The position numbers were made by a program, and so were the translations under genes. A stretch of DNA of 64,000 nt from Octopus sinensis (Eukaryota): positions 160,766,001-160,830,000 of the forward strand of contig NC_042998.1 of NCBI RefSeq assembly GCF_006345805.1. The letters are read 5' to 3'. Every line of letters begins with the position of its first letter. Position 1 is the stretch's first letter. Positions 12,334-24,394 of this stretch are shown piece by piece. Under the pieces are notes generated by a model. That model had not been told where the DNA came from and made no database searches. It saw only the letters and a program-made list of their open reading frames with translations.

Positions 12334-12830
12334 CTAGCAAATGCACCCATCCTTTGGATGGTTTAAGTTGCTTTGGTGGTATTATTTCCACCAAATAATT
12401 GAACTACCTAGAAGGTTTATGAGTAGCACAGCAATCTATGTTTCCAATAAACCTAGGAACAGAAAATGAAACTGAAGGCTGGTTATTGTAGAGGATGCTG
12501 CACTTTAACAATCATAGAACATATAAGTCTGCGAGTGATGCAAAGTAGAGCTACTGAAGTGTTTTGGGAGTACATTACAGATAATGACTACAAAATATAA
12601 TTGTTTTACATGAAAGCGAAATTTCTTGTCAGAAACAGGCACATAAATGGTGTAATGAAATTGAAGGAAGATGTTGAAACTTCCCCTCTGTGAGTTTATT
12701 TCAACAGCAAAGGGAACTATTTTTTTCGAGAGAGAAGCTAACAAAGGCCCCTTTATTCTGTCTTCCCACATAGCCTGCACAAAAAATAATAGTGAATGCT
12801 GCATAAAGTTAAATTAGTATGGATCTTTCT
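12334..12830 (-). mobile_element. Helitron 3' end with degenerate PIF1-type helicase C-terminus
   Basis: On the - strand: hairpin CCATCC-AAA-GGATGG (12347-12361), then CTAG|T (12334-12337). ORF 12505-12804 has PFAVEINSQRGSFNI and FHVKQLYFVV, resembling helicase motifs FAMTINKSQG and FSHGQLYVA. Confidence 0.7.
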
Positions 12831-13324
12831 AAAAGATGTGTATAGCTTTTGCTAGTGGAAGCAAAACTCTTATTTAAAGGTTGATTCTTTGGGACGAATC
12901 ATATGTGATTGTTTAAAAAGGGCTCCTCCTTTATTCCCCTTCTTTCTCTCTGCCCTCTCTTTTATCTCCTTCTGCATTTCTTTCCGTCTGCTTTTTTCTC
13001 CCTTTACTTTGCTTCCATCTTTTCCTTGGCCTTTTTCTCTGCCCTTCACTACCTTTTTTCTCACTTTCCCCTTTTTGGTACTAGGTGAATATCCTATTTC
13101 TCCTTTCAACATATCTTTTAATGCTTGACTGCTGACCTCTTCATTCATGCTTCTCTTGGGCTCTCTCCTTTATATTTACCTTCAGCTCTGGGTTTGGCTT
13201 GTTCTCTCACCTTTTGTTCTATCTATCCTTCTTTCTATCTTTCTATCTCACTTCTTTCCTTATAGGACTTCTTTCCTTATGTCTTATAGGACATCATTTT
13301 CCATGTCTTGTCTTAATGCTGTCT

Positions 13325-14542
13325 CATAACCACAAGGAATGACCAAAAGAGGTTCGTTTTTCAACATTATCCCTCTTGCAGTCCACACACTTCTTCCACC
13401 AGTGTTGCAGTGCTTGGATTCCATTGGTGAAGAAGCTTTCATCCTGTTGCTCAAAAAAAGTCATCAACAGCAGATATGACATCATCATCACTACAACACT
13501 GGTTCCCAGGCAAGTGTTTTCTCTTGTTGGGGAACAGATAATAGTCAAAAGGGGCCAAATCAAGAGAATATAGAGGGTGATCTACCTGTTCAAAGTCATA
13601 GTCAAGCACAGTAGCCATTACAACCAAGGACTTGTGTGCTGGAACATTGTCTTGATGAAATAAAACTCCTTCCATCAGTTTCCCCAGGCATTGGGTCTTG
13701 CTAGCCTTTCATAACTGCCTCAGAAAGTTAGCATAGTACTCTCCATTGAAAGTGTGGCCCTGTTCAAAATAGTCAATGAACACTCAAAAATGCATCCTCA
13801 ACAATGGAAACCATCACATTCCCTGCATATAAAATGACCTTAGCCTTATTTGGGGCAGGTGGGGAGGAGTGTTTCCACTGCATGGATTTTCTTTTCATCT
13901 CATCCTGAGTTGGGAAACGTTCAAGGAAACCAGCTGGATCTGTCTCAAACAATGTCAGATTCTTCATTGATGTAATCAGCCTGGTGCACTTTTGATCAGG
14001 CATCAGAACACGTGTCCTCCACTGTGCAGAAGCCTTCATCATGCCAAGTTCATTGTGCAGAATATTCTCAACTCTCTCAAGAGATATGCTAATAGCTTTG
14101 ACTGTTTGATTTATGGTAAATTGCCCATCATCCATCACCAAGTGGAGAACGCAATGTTTTCTTTAGTGGTGGCTATTTGCAAGATGTCCAAATCTTGGGC
14201 CATCTTCAAGATTATCCTTTCCCCTACTAAGTTCAGCTATGCACTGTTGATAAAACTGAAGCATCATCCTCTAATGTAGCAATAATGTCAGTATGAATGT
14301 CCTTAGGGGCTAAACTGATTTTCTGAAGGTACATCATAACATCATGACGTCGAATTTTGTCCATTTTCAAGAGAAGTTGCTCCAGCTATTTTTGAAGTCT
14401 TCTCTGAATAGTCAGATGTCATTTTACCTGGTAAGAAACAATGCATCTATTAATAAGAATAACTGAAATTAATGAATGCAAGATTTCACAGCTCTGGCAT
14501 CTCTCATTCATAGTCAGCCTATGAACTTTTCAGACTACCTTC
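13325..14542 (-). mobile_element. mariner (DD34D) transposon, frameshifted pseudogene, one TIR eroded
   Basis: ILHNELGMMKASAQWRTRVL (WVPR-like), FHQDNVPAH...HPLYSLDLAPFDYYLFP (34 residues between the Asp residues), C-terminal WKKCVDCKRDNVEK. TIR-like GAAGGTAGTCTGAAAAGTTCATAGGCTGAC at the right end. Confidence 0.92.
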
Positions 14543-14752
14543 AGTTATTCCTATAAGTTGAATGTCTGAAGACAATTACGAAGCAGTATAATATTGGTTT
14601 CAAATTTCAATTCTTTACATTCTTAATTCAAAACCCACCATGATCAGCTTTGTCTTTCATTCTTCTGATGTTGTTATTTACTTTTCTTTCCACCCCAACC
14701 AAACTTGATACCTTGCACCTGTATAAGAAATTAAAATTACATTGCTCCCTTT

Positions 14753-14971
14753 AAGGTGGTGAGCTGGCAGAATTGTTAGCTTGCCAGATTAAGTGCTTAG
14801 CAATATTTTTGTTGATCTTTACATTCTGGGTTCAAATGCCATTAAGGTCAACTTTGCCTTTCATCCTTTCAGGATAGAAAAAATAAGTACCAGTTGAGCA
14901 TTGAGGTTGATGTAATCAATTTAACCATTACCCTGAAATATTTGGCCTTGTACCAAAATTTGAAACCAATA
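14753..14971 (+). mobile_element. SINE family B
   Basis: GGTGGTGAGCTGGCAGAATTGTTAGC...AAGGTCAACTTTGCCTTTCATCC...CCAAAATTTGAAACCAAT. Confidence 0.85.
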
Positions 14972-15084
14972 ACTTAAGGTGGGCTGAACTCAGAATCTAA
15001 AGAGCTGGAAGAAATCCTGCCAAGCAATTTGTCCTGCATAAGAATGATTCTTCTTGCTTATCTTAAGTTGTATCTTACAATGGC

Positions 15085-15300
15085 CAAATACTGGTTTCAA
15101 ATTTTGGCAAAAGGCCAACAATTTTTGGGTAGGGGCTAAGTTGACTACATCAACCCCAGTACTCAACTGGTACTTATTTATCAACCTCATAGTGACGAAA
15201 GGCAAAGTCAACCTCAACAGAATTTGAAATCAAAGTGTAAAGACAAGACAAAATGCTGCTAGGCATTTAACCTGGTGTGTTAATTATTCTGCTAGCCTTC
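15085..15300 (-). mobile_element. SINE family B, inverted relative to 14753-14971
   Basis: GGTTTCAAATTTTGGC...AACTGGTACTTATT...GAAAGGCAAAGTCAACCT. Confidence 0.85.
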
Positions 15301-16479
15301 AAATGACCTAATACTAAAGGGTTATTTAGAAATGCATGACATAAAATTAATTGTTTGTTTAGTTCACTTGAAAATCTGCTACAGTTAACGACAATGTTCC
15401 TTTGAGCAATATAGTCTACATCTTATGACTTAGTACAAAAAAGAAAACAAGGATGGCCCAAATAGTGATTTAATGAATAATGAAGTAACAAGTTTGGTTT
15501 TGATTTCATTCCATATCAGTAAGAAAAAAGCAACAACTGTGTAATCAATTTTTTTTGTATTCATAACCTTCACTGATGTAACAAAAAAATTTGAACAGGA
15601 ATTGAACTGCTCTATTTTACTGAAACTAGAAATCACAAGCCTCTCCAAACAGAATATTATGTGGAGGTCATGCAGAAGTAAGTATGCTGTTAGCAATACT
15701 TTTGGTTACATATATAAATTTTTAAAACTTTTTTATTTTTTAAACTTTTTTTTGTTTTTATGAATGAAAGTGTTGACAACAATCAACAACATCAGCTACA
15801 AGAATAATGTCTAAAAATGAAGCCAAAACTGTTGCTAGGAGGCAAGAAGATAATAGAAGGAGAAAATTGTGGAACAGACAGATGATGAAGTGATTAACAA
15901 TCTAGTTGGTTGGTAGCCATTAATCACTAAATGACAGAATAGAACAAAACATAATAAAATAAATAAGAAGTAAACATAACCACCACCACCATCTGCAGCA
16001 GCATCACCACACAATCATCATCATTATCATCATCATCATTGTCATCTCCATCATGATTATCCATAGAAACAACAACAACAATCAAAACAATATAAACAAT
16101 TTACAGTAGAAAATAAATAAGAAAAGAGAGTTTAACAAGAGCAAGAACCTCCACCAACAGCTACTGCTTACATCACCAACAGGAACAAGTTTGGTGAAGA
16201 ACAACAGTTATAATATATAGCAAAAAACTCCACAAAAAGAAGACCAGGTTAAAAAAGAAATCCAACACTAACAACAACAACTGTAAGTAAAATAAGTAAA
16301 AATTAAAAATAAAATGAGCAACAAATAAATAGCCAAAAAGAGAAAATAAGACAAAAGACTTGTTTGTACCCTCATTGAATCAAATGAATCTTGAATCGAA
16401 TGAATCATAAAATACGCGAGAGAGAAAATTGGTGAAAAATTACACTGGATGGATAAAAAGTAAAACAGAAAAGTCAAGT

Positions 16480-16529
16480 AAATATATATATATAATATAT
16501 ATATATATGTATGTGTGTGTGTGTTTATA

Positions 16530-16587
<58 letters not shown>

Positions 16588-16679
16588 TATATATATATAT
16601 ATATATATCAAGTTGATAAAGATTTCAGTAATACATACAAAAATAACAGCCATATATATGTGTGTGTGTGCCTGTATGT

Positions 16680-16714
<35 letters not shown>

Positions 16715-16734
16715 TTATATCTATATATACATAT

Positions 16735-16800
<66 letters not shown>

Positions 16801-17030
16801 ATATATATATATATATATTATATATATATATACATACATACATATACAGAGACACATATATACATATACATATAATGGTATATATAGAAATGTATATGCA
16901 TATTTACACACATATATATATATATATATATTTACATATATATATATATGTGTGTGTGTGTGTGTATATTAACATATATATACATATACATGTATGTATG
17001 GATTTATGGTTATGCTGATGCACACACACA
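16480..17030. repeat. Compound (TA)n/(TG)n/(CA)n microsatellite
   Basis: Long alternating purine-pyrimidine runs; source of the YI/IY ORFs. Confidence 0.95.
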
Positions 17031-17561
17031 TATATATGTATGTAGCAAAAAGCGAATTTCTAATGCCTTAAAAAATATGTGCGTAGGACATAGAAAAATA
17101 AAAACAATGACAACACCATTAACAACAGCAACAACAACTACAGCAATAAAAGTTGGCTGTGTACAAACATAAGGGGAAACAGAAATAAAGAGGAGGAAAT
17201 GAAGGGAATATAATCAAGAGAATGTAAAGAAAAATCTTAGATCTATATAAATATATATATATTTATATAAGAAAGCAATACAGTGAAGCGCACATGGAGA
17301 CAAGATGGACTGACTGGCTGTTAGGAATATACAGATACACTGAATACTTAATATATACATATCTACACACACACACATGCATACACACACACACATACGC
17401 ACACCCATACACATATTCACACACATGCACATACACAAATACACATATACATACATATACACACATATATAGATACATATATATACATATTTGTGAATAT
17501 CTATCTATCTATATATATATATATAAGCACATATATATGTATAAATATATATATATATATA

Positions 17562-17915
17562 TGAGCTAACCCCATCCCCGTCCAATGGACAGTGCTGAGT
17601 TGTCAAACATTTAAACCAAATTTTCTCAAAACAACTTGTCCGACCGTCCAATAGGCCTCCCCTTTGAGAAACACTGATTTAACCTAAATCTGAGACACCA
17701 GCGGAACACGGATTTCAACTGATGTACTTGCACATACAAATGCACGTTCCCACGACTTTATCGATCGCATTCTCACCTGGAATCGATTTTTGTAATTTTT
17801 TCAAGACTTATACACGCCCTGATACCGTTGGTATCTACATATCAAATTTGAACGCAATCGGATGGAGGATGCTTGAGATCCTAGAAGACACACATACGGA
17901 CAGACAGAATGGATT
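17562..17915 (-). mobile_element. Non-autonomous Helitron-like element
   Basis: The - strand begins TATAATATAAAATCCATTCTGTCTGTCCGTATG. Internal CATATCAAATTTGAACGCAATCGGATG block resembles non-autonomous Helitron bodies; CpG-rich and flanked by (TA)n. No canonical CTRR end seen. Confidence 0.5.
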
Positions 17916-17916
17916 T

Positions 17917-17961
<45 letters not shown>

Positions 17962-18389
17962 TATCAGCACTCTGTATAGTGGTTGGCATTGGGAAAGTTA
18001 TCCAGTTGGAGAAACCATGCCAAAACAGATCTTTGGTGGAGCTCTCTGGCTAGTCAGCTCCTGTCAAACTTGAAGCATGAGAAATGAACGTGAATTTATG
18101 ATGATGGTGATGGTATATATGTATACGTATACGTGTGTGTGTGTGTGTGAGAGAGAGAAAAAGGAGAAGACAAAACAATAAACTATCATCTTGTGAATTT
18201 CATTAGCTTACAGTTGTTTCCCCTATAAAATGTGGTCTGAGTAACATCTTTCTGCTTGATCAGTGCCTCAAACATGAAGCATACATATATTGAGTTCTAC
18301 ACCAGGTTATTAGTATTGCAACACCTAAGCAATATTATACATACATACATACATATATATATAAATATATATATATAATATATATATAT

Positions 18390-18540
18390 ATGCGTTAGGA
18401 AGGGCATCCAGCTGTAAAAACACTGCCAGTTCAGACTGGGCCTGGTGCAGCCTTCTGGCTTCCCAAACGCCAGTTGAACCGTCCAACCCATGCTAGCATG
18501 GAAAGCGGGCGTTAAACGATGATGATGATGATGATGATAT
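18390..18540 (+). mobile_element. RTE LINE extreme 3' end, little diverged
   Basis: GCGTTAGGAAGGGCATCCAGCTGTAAAAACACTGCCAG...GCATGGAAAGCGGGCGTTAAACGATGATGATG. Confidence 0.9.
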
Positions 18541-18689
18541 ATATATATATATACATATATATTCATTAGTCTCTACTTCAACCTGTTTCACTATCTGTTG
18601 CCCTTTTGTTTCCAATCCTTTGAGATTTCTCTCTTCGTCTTCATCTAACCCTAAGCGAACATTCCATTTGTTTATTTATTTCATTTCTG

Positions 18690-19820
18690 TCCACCTACAG
18701 GGCTATGCCCTCTTCAGATGTGACAGAGAAAAAAGGCGAGGTGGAGGTGTTGCTGTGTATGCCAAGCATATCGTTTCTATCCAGATATGTACGATGGGTT
18801 GGTGCCTTCCTCTCAGATTGCTCCTTCCAAGTCCAAGTTTATGGTTCGCTGTCCGACGTCTCCAGTGCGAGCAGTGGAGTGCCTCAAGGTTCAGTGTTTG
18901 GGCCGTTATTGTTTTTACTCTTCATCAATGACTTGCCCAACGACCTCACACAACACACCCTTCTATTTGCCAACAATGTCAAACTGGTCGCTCCTCGCAG
19001 TGATATAGATGATCTTCGTCAATGCCTCCACCAAGTTTGAAGATGGTCAAACGAATGGGACCCGTGTCTGAACGTGTCAAAGTGCTCCTCTCCTGCAACT
19101 CAACTTGATTTCGAGCTGCTGGAGAAGACCGACCAAGTAAAGGACCTGGGAATCTTGGTGGATTCTTCCTTTTCGCCTTCAACCCAATGCATCCATGCTG
19201 CCAACAAAGCGCGCGGAGTTCTGTTTTTGATTCAACGGTCATTCGGAATGCTCACAGCAACCATATTCCTACCGCTCCATGTCACGCTGGTGAGACCCAT
19301 GCTGGAGTACGGGATTCAAGCCTCTTCTCCTTATCTCCTCAAAGACATACATCATCTCGAAAGAGTCCACAAGCAAGCTACCTGCATGGTTCTTGGTCTC
19401 AAGCATTTGTCTTATGAAGAAAGGCTGAAGACGCTCGTCCTTCATTCTCTCAAAAAACGCTGCCGCCGTGGTGATCTCATTCTCGCTCACAACATCATAA
19501 GCGGAAAGTGTAACCTCTTGAAAGAGCTGTTTGTCACTCCTGCTCCAGAGCGTGGGCTGCGGGGTCACTCCGAAAAGCTCTATCTATGACGATTTCATCT
19601 CAATCGAAGGAGAGAGGCTTTCTCCGTCCGGGTTGCGGATCCGTGGAATAAGCTGCCGGACGAGATAGTGAAGATGCCGACGACCGCTCGGTTCAATCTC
19701 TCTTGACCAGAAATGGCCTGAACTCTTTGTATGACCACCCTCTCTGTACATAACTCCCTGTCCCCCTACATAGCCTTGCTTTTGCTTTTTGAGCCAATAA
19801 AAATTGAATTGAAAAAAAAA
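18690..19820 (+). mobile_element. CR1-like LINE fragment: short APE piece joined to the RT C-terminal half
   Basis: GYALFRCDREKRRGGGVAVYAKH (endonuclease), then WVGAFL...SGVPQGSVFGPLLFLLFINDL...LFANNVKL, VKDLGILVD, LVRPMLEYG and LRGH; ends AATAAAAATTGAATTG(A)n. Confidence 0.9.
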
Positions 19821-20099
19821 AATTTTTGTATGTCTACTTCTGTATTGCTTGTTTATCCATTTATTGTTGTCTGTCCTCATTCTGTTAAGTTTTGGTCCCA
19901 TTTCCTAGCAGCATTTACCGGTTGCTACCAGAAGGGAAGTAATGTTATCAAGGGCGCGAAATTACATTTCACCCTCTGGCCAATAATTGATGATGAGTAG
20001 GGGACCTTCTGTGTCTGTTTTCCATTCATATGTGCATTTACTATATGTTCTTCAACTTATTATACATATATAGTATACCGTATATATATATATATATAT

Positions 20100-20425
20100 A
20101 TTGTTTTTACGTTTTTGTATTCTTATTCGTGATTTCCTTATCGTTTTCACGTATTCTGTATTTTTATTCGCGTACATCGTTCGTTTTCCGTCCTTGTGTT
20201 GTATACATTCGAAGCTTTCTTCCAAGGGATCTAATGCACTTGGCTTAGATTTCACTTGGGGGCTGCCCAGATCGGAGCAATCTCAAGATTAATCAGCCGA
20301 AATTGCGAAGATGATCTGGTTCTTGACTGATGACTGAGGGCTTTGAATGTCCTGTCCTGTGGTTCTTGTGTCGTCTCCTTGGTGTTTCACGTTCTTGTCC
20401 TAGTTTGTATTTATTTTTTACTGTT
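20100..20425. mobile_element. Unclassified CpG-rich repeat inserted in (TA)n, possibly a Penelope terminal fragment
   Basis: Bounded on both sides by (TA)n; pyrimidine-rich flanks like the 10.0 and 36.7 kb elements. Class not proven. Confidence 0.35.
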
Positions 20426-20482
20426 TACATATATATATATATGTATGTATGTATGTATATGTATATATATGTATATATACAT

Positions 20483-20735
20483 GCATCATCAATATCATCA
20501 TTTTAATGTGCTCTATTCTTGTTTGCATGGGTCAGACAGAATTTGTTGAGGCAGATTTTGTATGGCTTGATTCTCTTCCTCTCATCAGCCCTCACTTGTT
20601 TCCAAGCAAGGGAGTATTTCCTCATGACCAAGCATATTATCATGGAAGACTGGAAATGAATGACACTGCTAGTACGACAGTGACTCTTGTTTACAACTAT
20701 CCCACATTGTCAAGACAAAGAGACACAGACACATA
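20483..20735 (-). mobile_element. SINE 3' half with RTE-like tail
   Basis: (CAT)n, GAATTTGTTGAGGCAGATTTT, CCTCACTTGTTTCCAAG; homologous to 920-1075 and 30680-30910. Confidence 0.7.
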
Positions 20736-20753
20736 CATATGCATACACAGCAT

Positions 20754-20791
<38 letters not shown>

Positions 20792-20795
20792 TTCC

Positions 20796-20842
<47 letters not shown>

Positions 20843-20860
20843 CATATATATACATACATA

Positions 20861-21731
20861 GAGGGTGCAATGAATAACCTGTTGTCTAAATTATTCAAAA
20901 GTGAAAATAGCACTAACTTCTCATTTTAACAGCTATAGTCACCAAAATTACATAAAAATATCTTGAAATATTAAAGAGTAAATTTATTCAATGAAATCGC
21001 TATTGGTTTCAACCACAACCTCCATACGACTTTGGAATCTCTTGCAACTCATCTGGATGGTAGCCCTTTTTAAGTTGGTGAATGATGCCTTAATACTTGC
21101 CTTCAGTTCATCTTTGCTGTTACAAAGAGTTTTATTGGTCTCTTGCTCAACTGTGCCTCACACAAAATAATAAAGGGAGTTGCAGTGTGGGGAGTTGGGT
21201 GGCTAAATGTTAGGGATGATGTGGTTAGAGAAATTGTCTGACAGTCATGGCTAGGTTCTCCTGCTTGTGTGGCATGGTGCAGAATTCCATTGCCAGACAT
21301 AGGGTCTTTCAGCAGCCATGCCCTTGACCCATCACAGCACTACCTCCCCCAGGCACTTGATGTAGGCCTCCGTGTTAAGTTTGAGGCCATGTGTGAAGAT
21401 GAATGGAGGCATAACATCACCATCACTAGTTATCACTCAAAACACCATGATGTTGACTGGATGTTTGATTTTTATCACTCTTGGTACATGTCCTCAGATT
21501 GACATCCAAACACTCTGAAATGTTCGTATTGGAGCTTCTGGTGCAAATGCCAAGCAGTACAGCATGATGTTTCCAAATTTCTAGCAAAGTGAATTGCATC
21601 ATGGTACTGTTTTTCTCACAGATGGTGCTCAACTGACCCTACTATACTGTGTATAGTAGGGTCAAAACCAAAGAATGCGCATGTGTGAAATAAAAAATAT
21701 AAAATGGCAACAATTTACCCATCACACCCTA
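20861..21731 (-). mobile_element. DD37D (maT-type) non-autonomous element with both TIRs, same family as 11432-12136
   Basis: Left end GAGGGTGCAATGAATAACCTGTTGTC; right end reverse complement TAGGGTGTGATGGGTAAATTGTTGCC; TA on both sides. Internal sequence aligns with 11432-12136. Confidence 0.85.
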
Positions 21732-22053
21732 TATATATATATAAACAATGAGCTTCTTTCAGTATCTACAAGCCATATTTACTTACAAAGCTTTTGTTGG
21801 TATGGGGTTATATAAGAAGAAACCTGTCCAAGATGTCATGCAGTGAGACTTATCACAGAACTATATCATACATGTATATCTTCATCATTTTTCCATGCTT
21901 GATTATTTGCTGGAGCAGATAAACCAGAGGCCAGTGCTAAAGTCTACTTTCACATGAAAGGGGATGACAGTGACTTTGCAGTTTCAGATAGCTAGTCTTG
22001 GATATGTGTGTGTGTGTGTTTGTGTATGTATCTATATATATATATGTATGTGT

Positions 22054-22434
22054 GGAGGTGCAATGGCCCAGTGGTTAGGGCAGCGGACTCGCGGTCATAG
22101 GATCGCGGTTTCGATTCCCAGACCGGGCGTTGTGAGTTTTTATTGAGCGAAAACACCTAAAGCTCCACGAGGCTCCTGCAGGGATGGTGGTGATCCCTGC
22201 TGTACTCTTTCACCACAACTTTATCTCACTCTTACTTCCTGTTTCTGTTGTACCTGTATTTCAAAGGGCCGGCCTTGTCACTCTCTGTGTCACGCTGAAT
22301 ATCCCCGAGAACTACATTAAGGGTGCACGTGTCTGTGGAGTACTCAGCCACTTACACATTAATTTCACGAGCAGGCTGTTCCGTTGATCGGATAAACCGG
22401 AACCTTCGTCGTCGTAACCGACGGAGTGCTTCCA
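22054..22434 (+). mobile_element. Full-length tRNA-derived SINE family C, young
   Basis: A-box TGGCCCAGTGG, B-box GGTTTCGATTCCC, many intact CpGs; ends GTCGTAACCGACGGAGTGCTTCCA; flanked by TA/TG repeats. Confidence 0.9.
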
Positions 22435-22444
22435 TATATGTATG

Positions 22445-22475
<31 letters not shown>

Positions 22476-22503
22476 TATATATACATATACATATATATAT
22501 ATG

Positions 22504-22551
<48 letters not shown>

Positions 22552-22581
22552 TGTATATGTGTATATATATATATATACATA

Positions 22582-22736
22582 AATTAGGATGCCGAGTGTT
22601 GGGAACACAAGTGTTTTGCTAGAAAGAAGCAGAAACTGATCGGTTCGAGTTGTTAAAGTTATCGGTAAACGTTTTTGATTTTCACTCTCGATAAATTCAT
22701 CCCCTTTTTGTGTTCCCAACACTCGGCATCCTAATT
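22582..22736. mobile_element. 155-bp MITE with perfect 29-bp TIRs
   Basis: AATTAGGATGCCGAGTGTTGGGAACACAA (22582-22610) is the exact reverse complement of 22708-22736; TA on both sides. Confidence 0.8.
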
Positions 22737-22888
22737 TAGGTGCCCTTAATTGTATTACTACATGAATAATATTTTTCTATATGAATAATATTTTGTCTTA
22801 TGACTAATTCGTCTTTTGTGCTGGGCACCTGGTAGTAAATAATATTACTACCCTTCTTGTTTATATTCGTATATATACATATATATAT

Positions 22889-22933
<45 letters not shown>

Positions 22934-22972
22934 ATATATATATGTATATCCATATATGTGTGTCTATATATA

Positions 22973-24235
22973 CAGGGTGTATAAGGTATTTGAGGACATA
23001 CCTTTTTTTGGTCATTGCTGCATTTTTTGCTAACTCTGTATAACCTTTGTTTCAGAAAATAACAATGGCAGACCCTCATCTTACTGAAGGAATGAAGAAG
23101 CATGCTGTTATTGAGGTTATAAAGGCTGAGTATAGTGATTTAGAATTATCTCGATTTTTGAAAGTTGCCAGAATTTTAGTGTACAAAGTTTGTAAGGAGC
23201 TAGAAACTGAAGACGGAAATGTATCACCAGTATCAAAGTGGAAAAAGCATTCTAAAGGCTCTGAAATCATTAGAACACCTGAATTTATCCAGCAAGTTCA
23301 ACAGACAATTAATTATAATCCCAGAAGGTCCATGAGGTCAATTGCAAAAGATTTCCTTGTGTCAGAAGGAACAGTAAGAAATGTTGTCTACAAAGACATC
23401 AGATACAATACCTTATATGATGAGGAAATGTAAATTTGTCAGAAAAAGCAAAAGAAAATCACTACATCAAATCTAAAAGGCTCTTAAACAAACTGAAAAA
23501 TCCAGCAGAAGAAGATTTGATTTGTTTTTTTCTCAAACGAGAAAAACTTTGACCAAGATCAAAAAGTTAACAGAAAAATGATAGATGGTTATGTGCAGAC
23601 CCTTCTGAAGTTCCAAACGTTATGCATACAAAATTTCCTGCAACTGTCATGGTTTTAGGGATTGTCAGCAATGAAGGACATGTGATGCCTCCTTTCTTCT
23701 TTCGACAAGGCCTTAGAGTTAACTCTGCCACTTACATTGAGGTCCTGGAAATAATTCTTAAGCTCTCGATAGACAGTATATGTAATGGAAGGTAATATGT
23801 GTTTCAATAAAACTCTGCACTATCACACATGGCTCTAGTAACACAGGAATGGATGGCTGAAAATTTTCATGATCACATATCCCTTAACATTTGGCCTCCT
23901 AATTACCCAGATCTCAGTCCAGTGGATTATTATATGTGGAGTGTTATTGAGAGAGAAGTCAATGAGCATGCCCATAACACCAAAGATTCTATGAAAGCTG
24001 CCATAGTCAGAGTAATGTCCAAAATGAACAAGGACCAACTGATTCGAGCATGTAGATGATTTAAATCTCATATAGAAGCAGTTGTTGAAGCTGAAAGAGG
24101 CTTTATTGAATAAGATTATAGAAAAGAAATCTTATTGTTATCCTCATAGTATTTTTTGATAAATATTATTACCTGTTATTATATATCTGTTCTTTCATAA
24201 ATATAAATCTGTCCTCAAATATCTTATGCTCCCTG
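22973..24235 (+). mobile_element. Full-length DD37D (maT-type) Tc1/mariner transposon, 1263 bp
   Basis: 26-bp TIRs CAGGGTGTATAAGGTATTTGAGGACA, 23/26 matched; TA TSD at 22971-22972 and 24236-24237. Confidence 0.95.
23065..24113 (+). pseudogene. DD37D transposase pseudogene
   Basis: HTH region RRSMRSIAKDFLVSEGTVRNVV, FFSNEKNF, VMVLGIVSNEG, WPPNYPDLSPVDYYMW; 37 residues between the eroded second catalytic Asp and the last Asp; frameshifts and stops. Confidence 0.9.
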
Positions 24236-24394
24236 TATAAGATATATTTATATATAAATATATGTATTTTGTTGTGTCTGGTGAGAGTCATTCTCTTTTA
24301 GTACCTTATTATTTAGCACACTCACTGGTAAAGTTTCCACTCATTTACTTATTTATTTTTCCAAAGATTTTTGTTGTGTCTTGCAACCTTTTCC

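Noticed and set aside
16429-17569. Long YI/IY/CV-rich ORFs (also 20.4-20.9, 22.3-23.1, 24.9-25.4, 31.3-32.0, 44.6-45.2, 48.2-49.1 kb)
   Set aside because: Stop-free translations of (TA)n/(CA)n/(TACA)n microsatellites; no coding signal.
20325-20355. CTGATGA...GAATGTC as a hammerhead core
   Set aside because: No GAAA box and no stem I or II pairing could be built.
22054-22130. tRNA gene
   Set aside because: A and B boxes belong to a SINE head; no complete cloverleaf and it continues into the SINE body.
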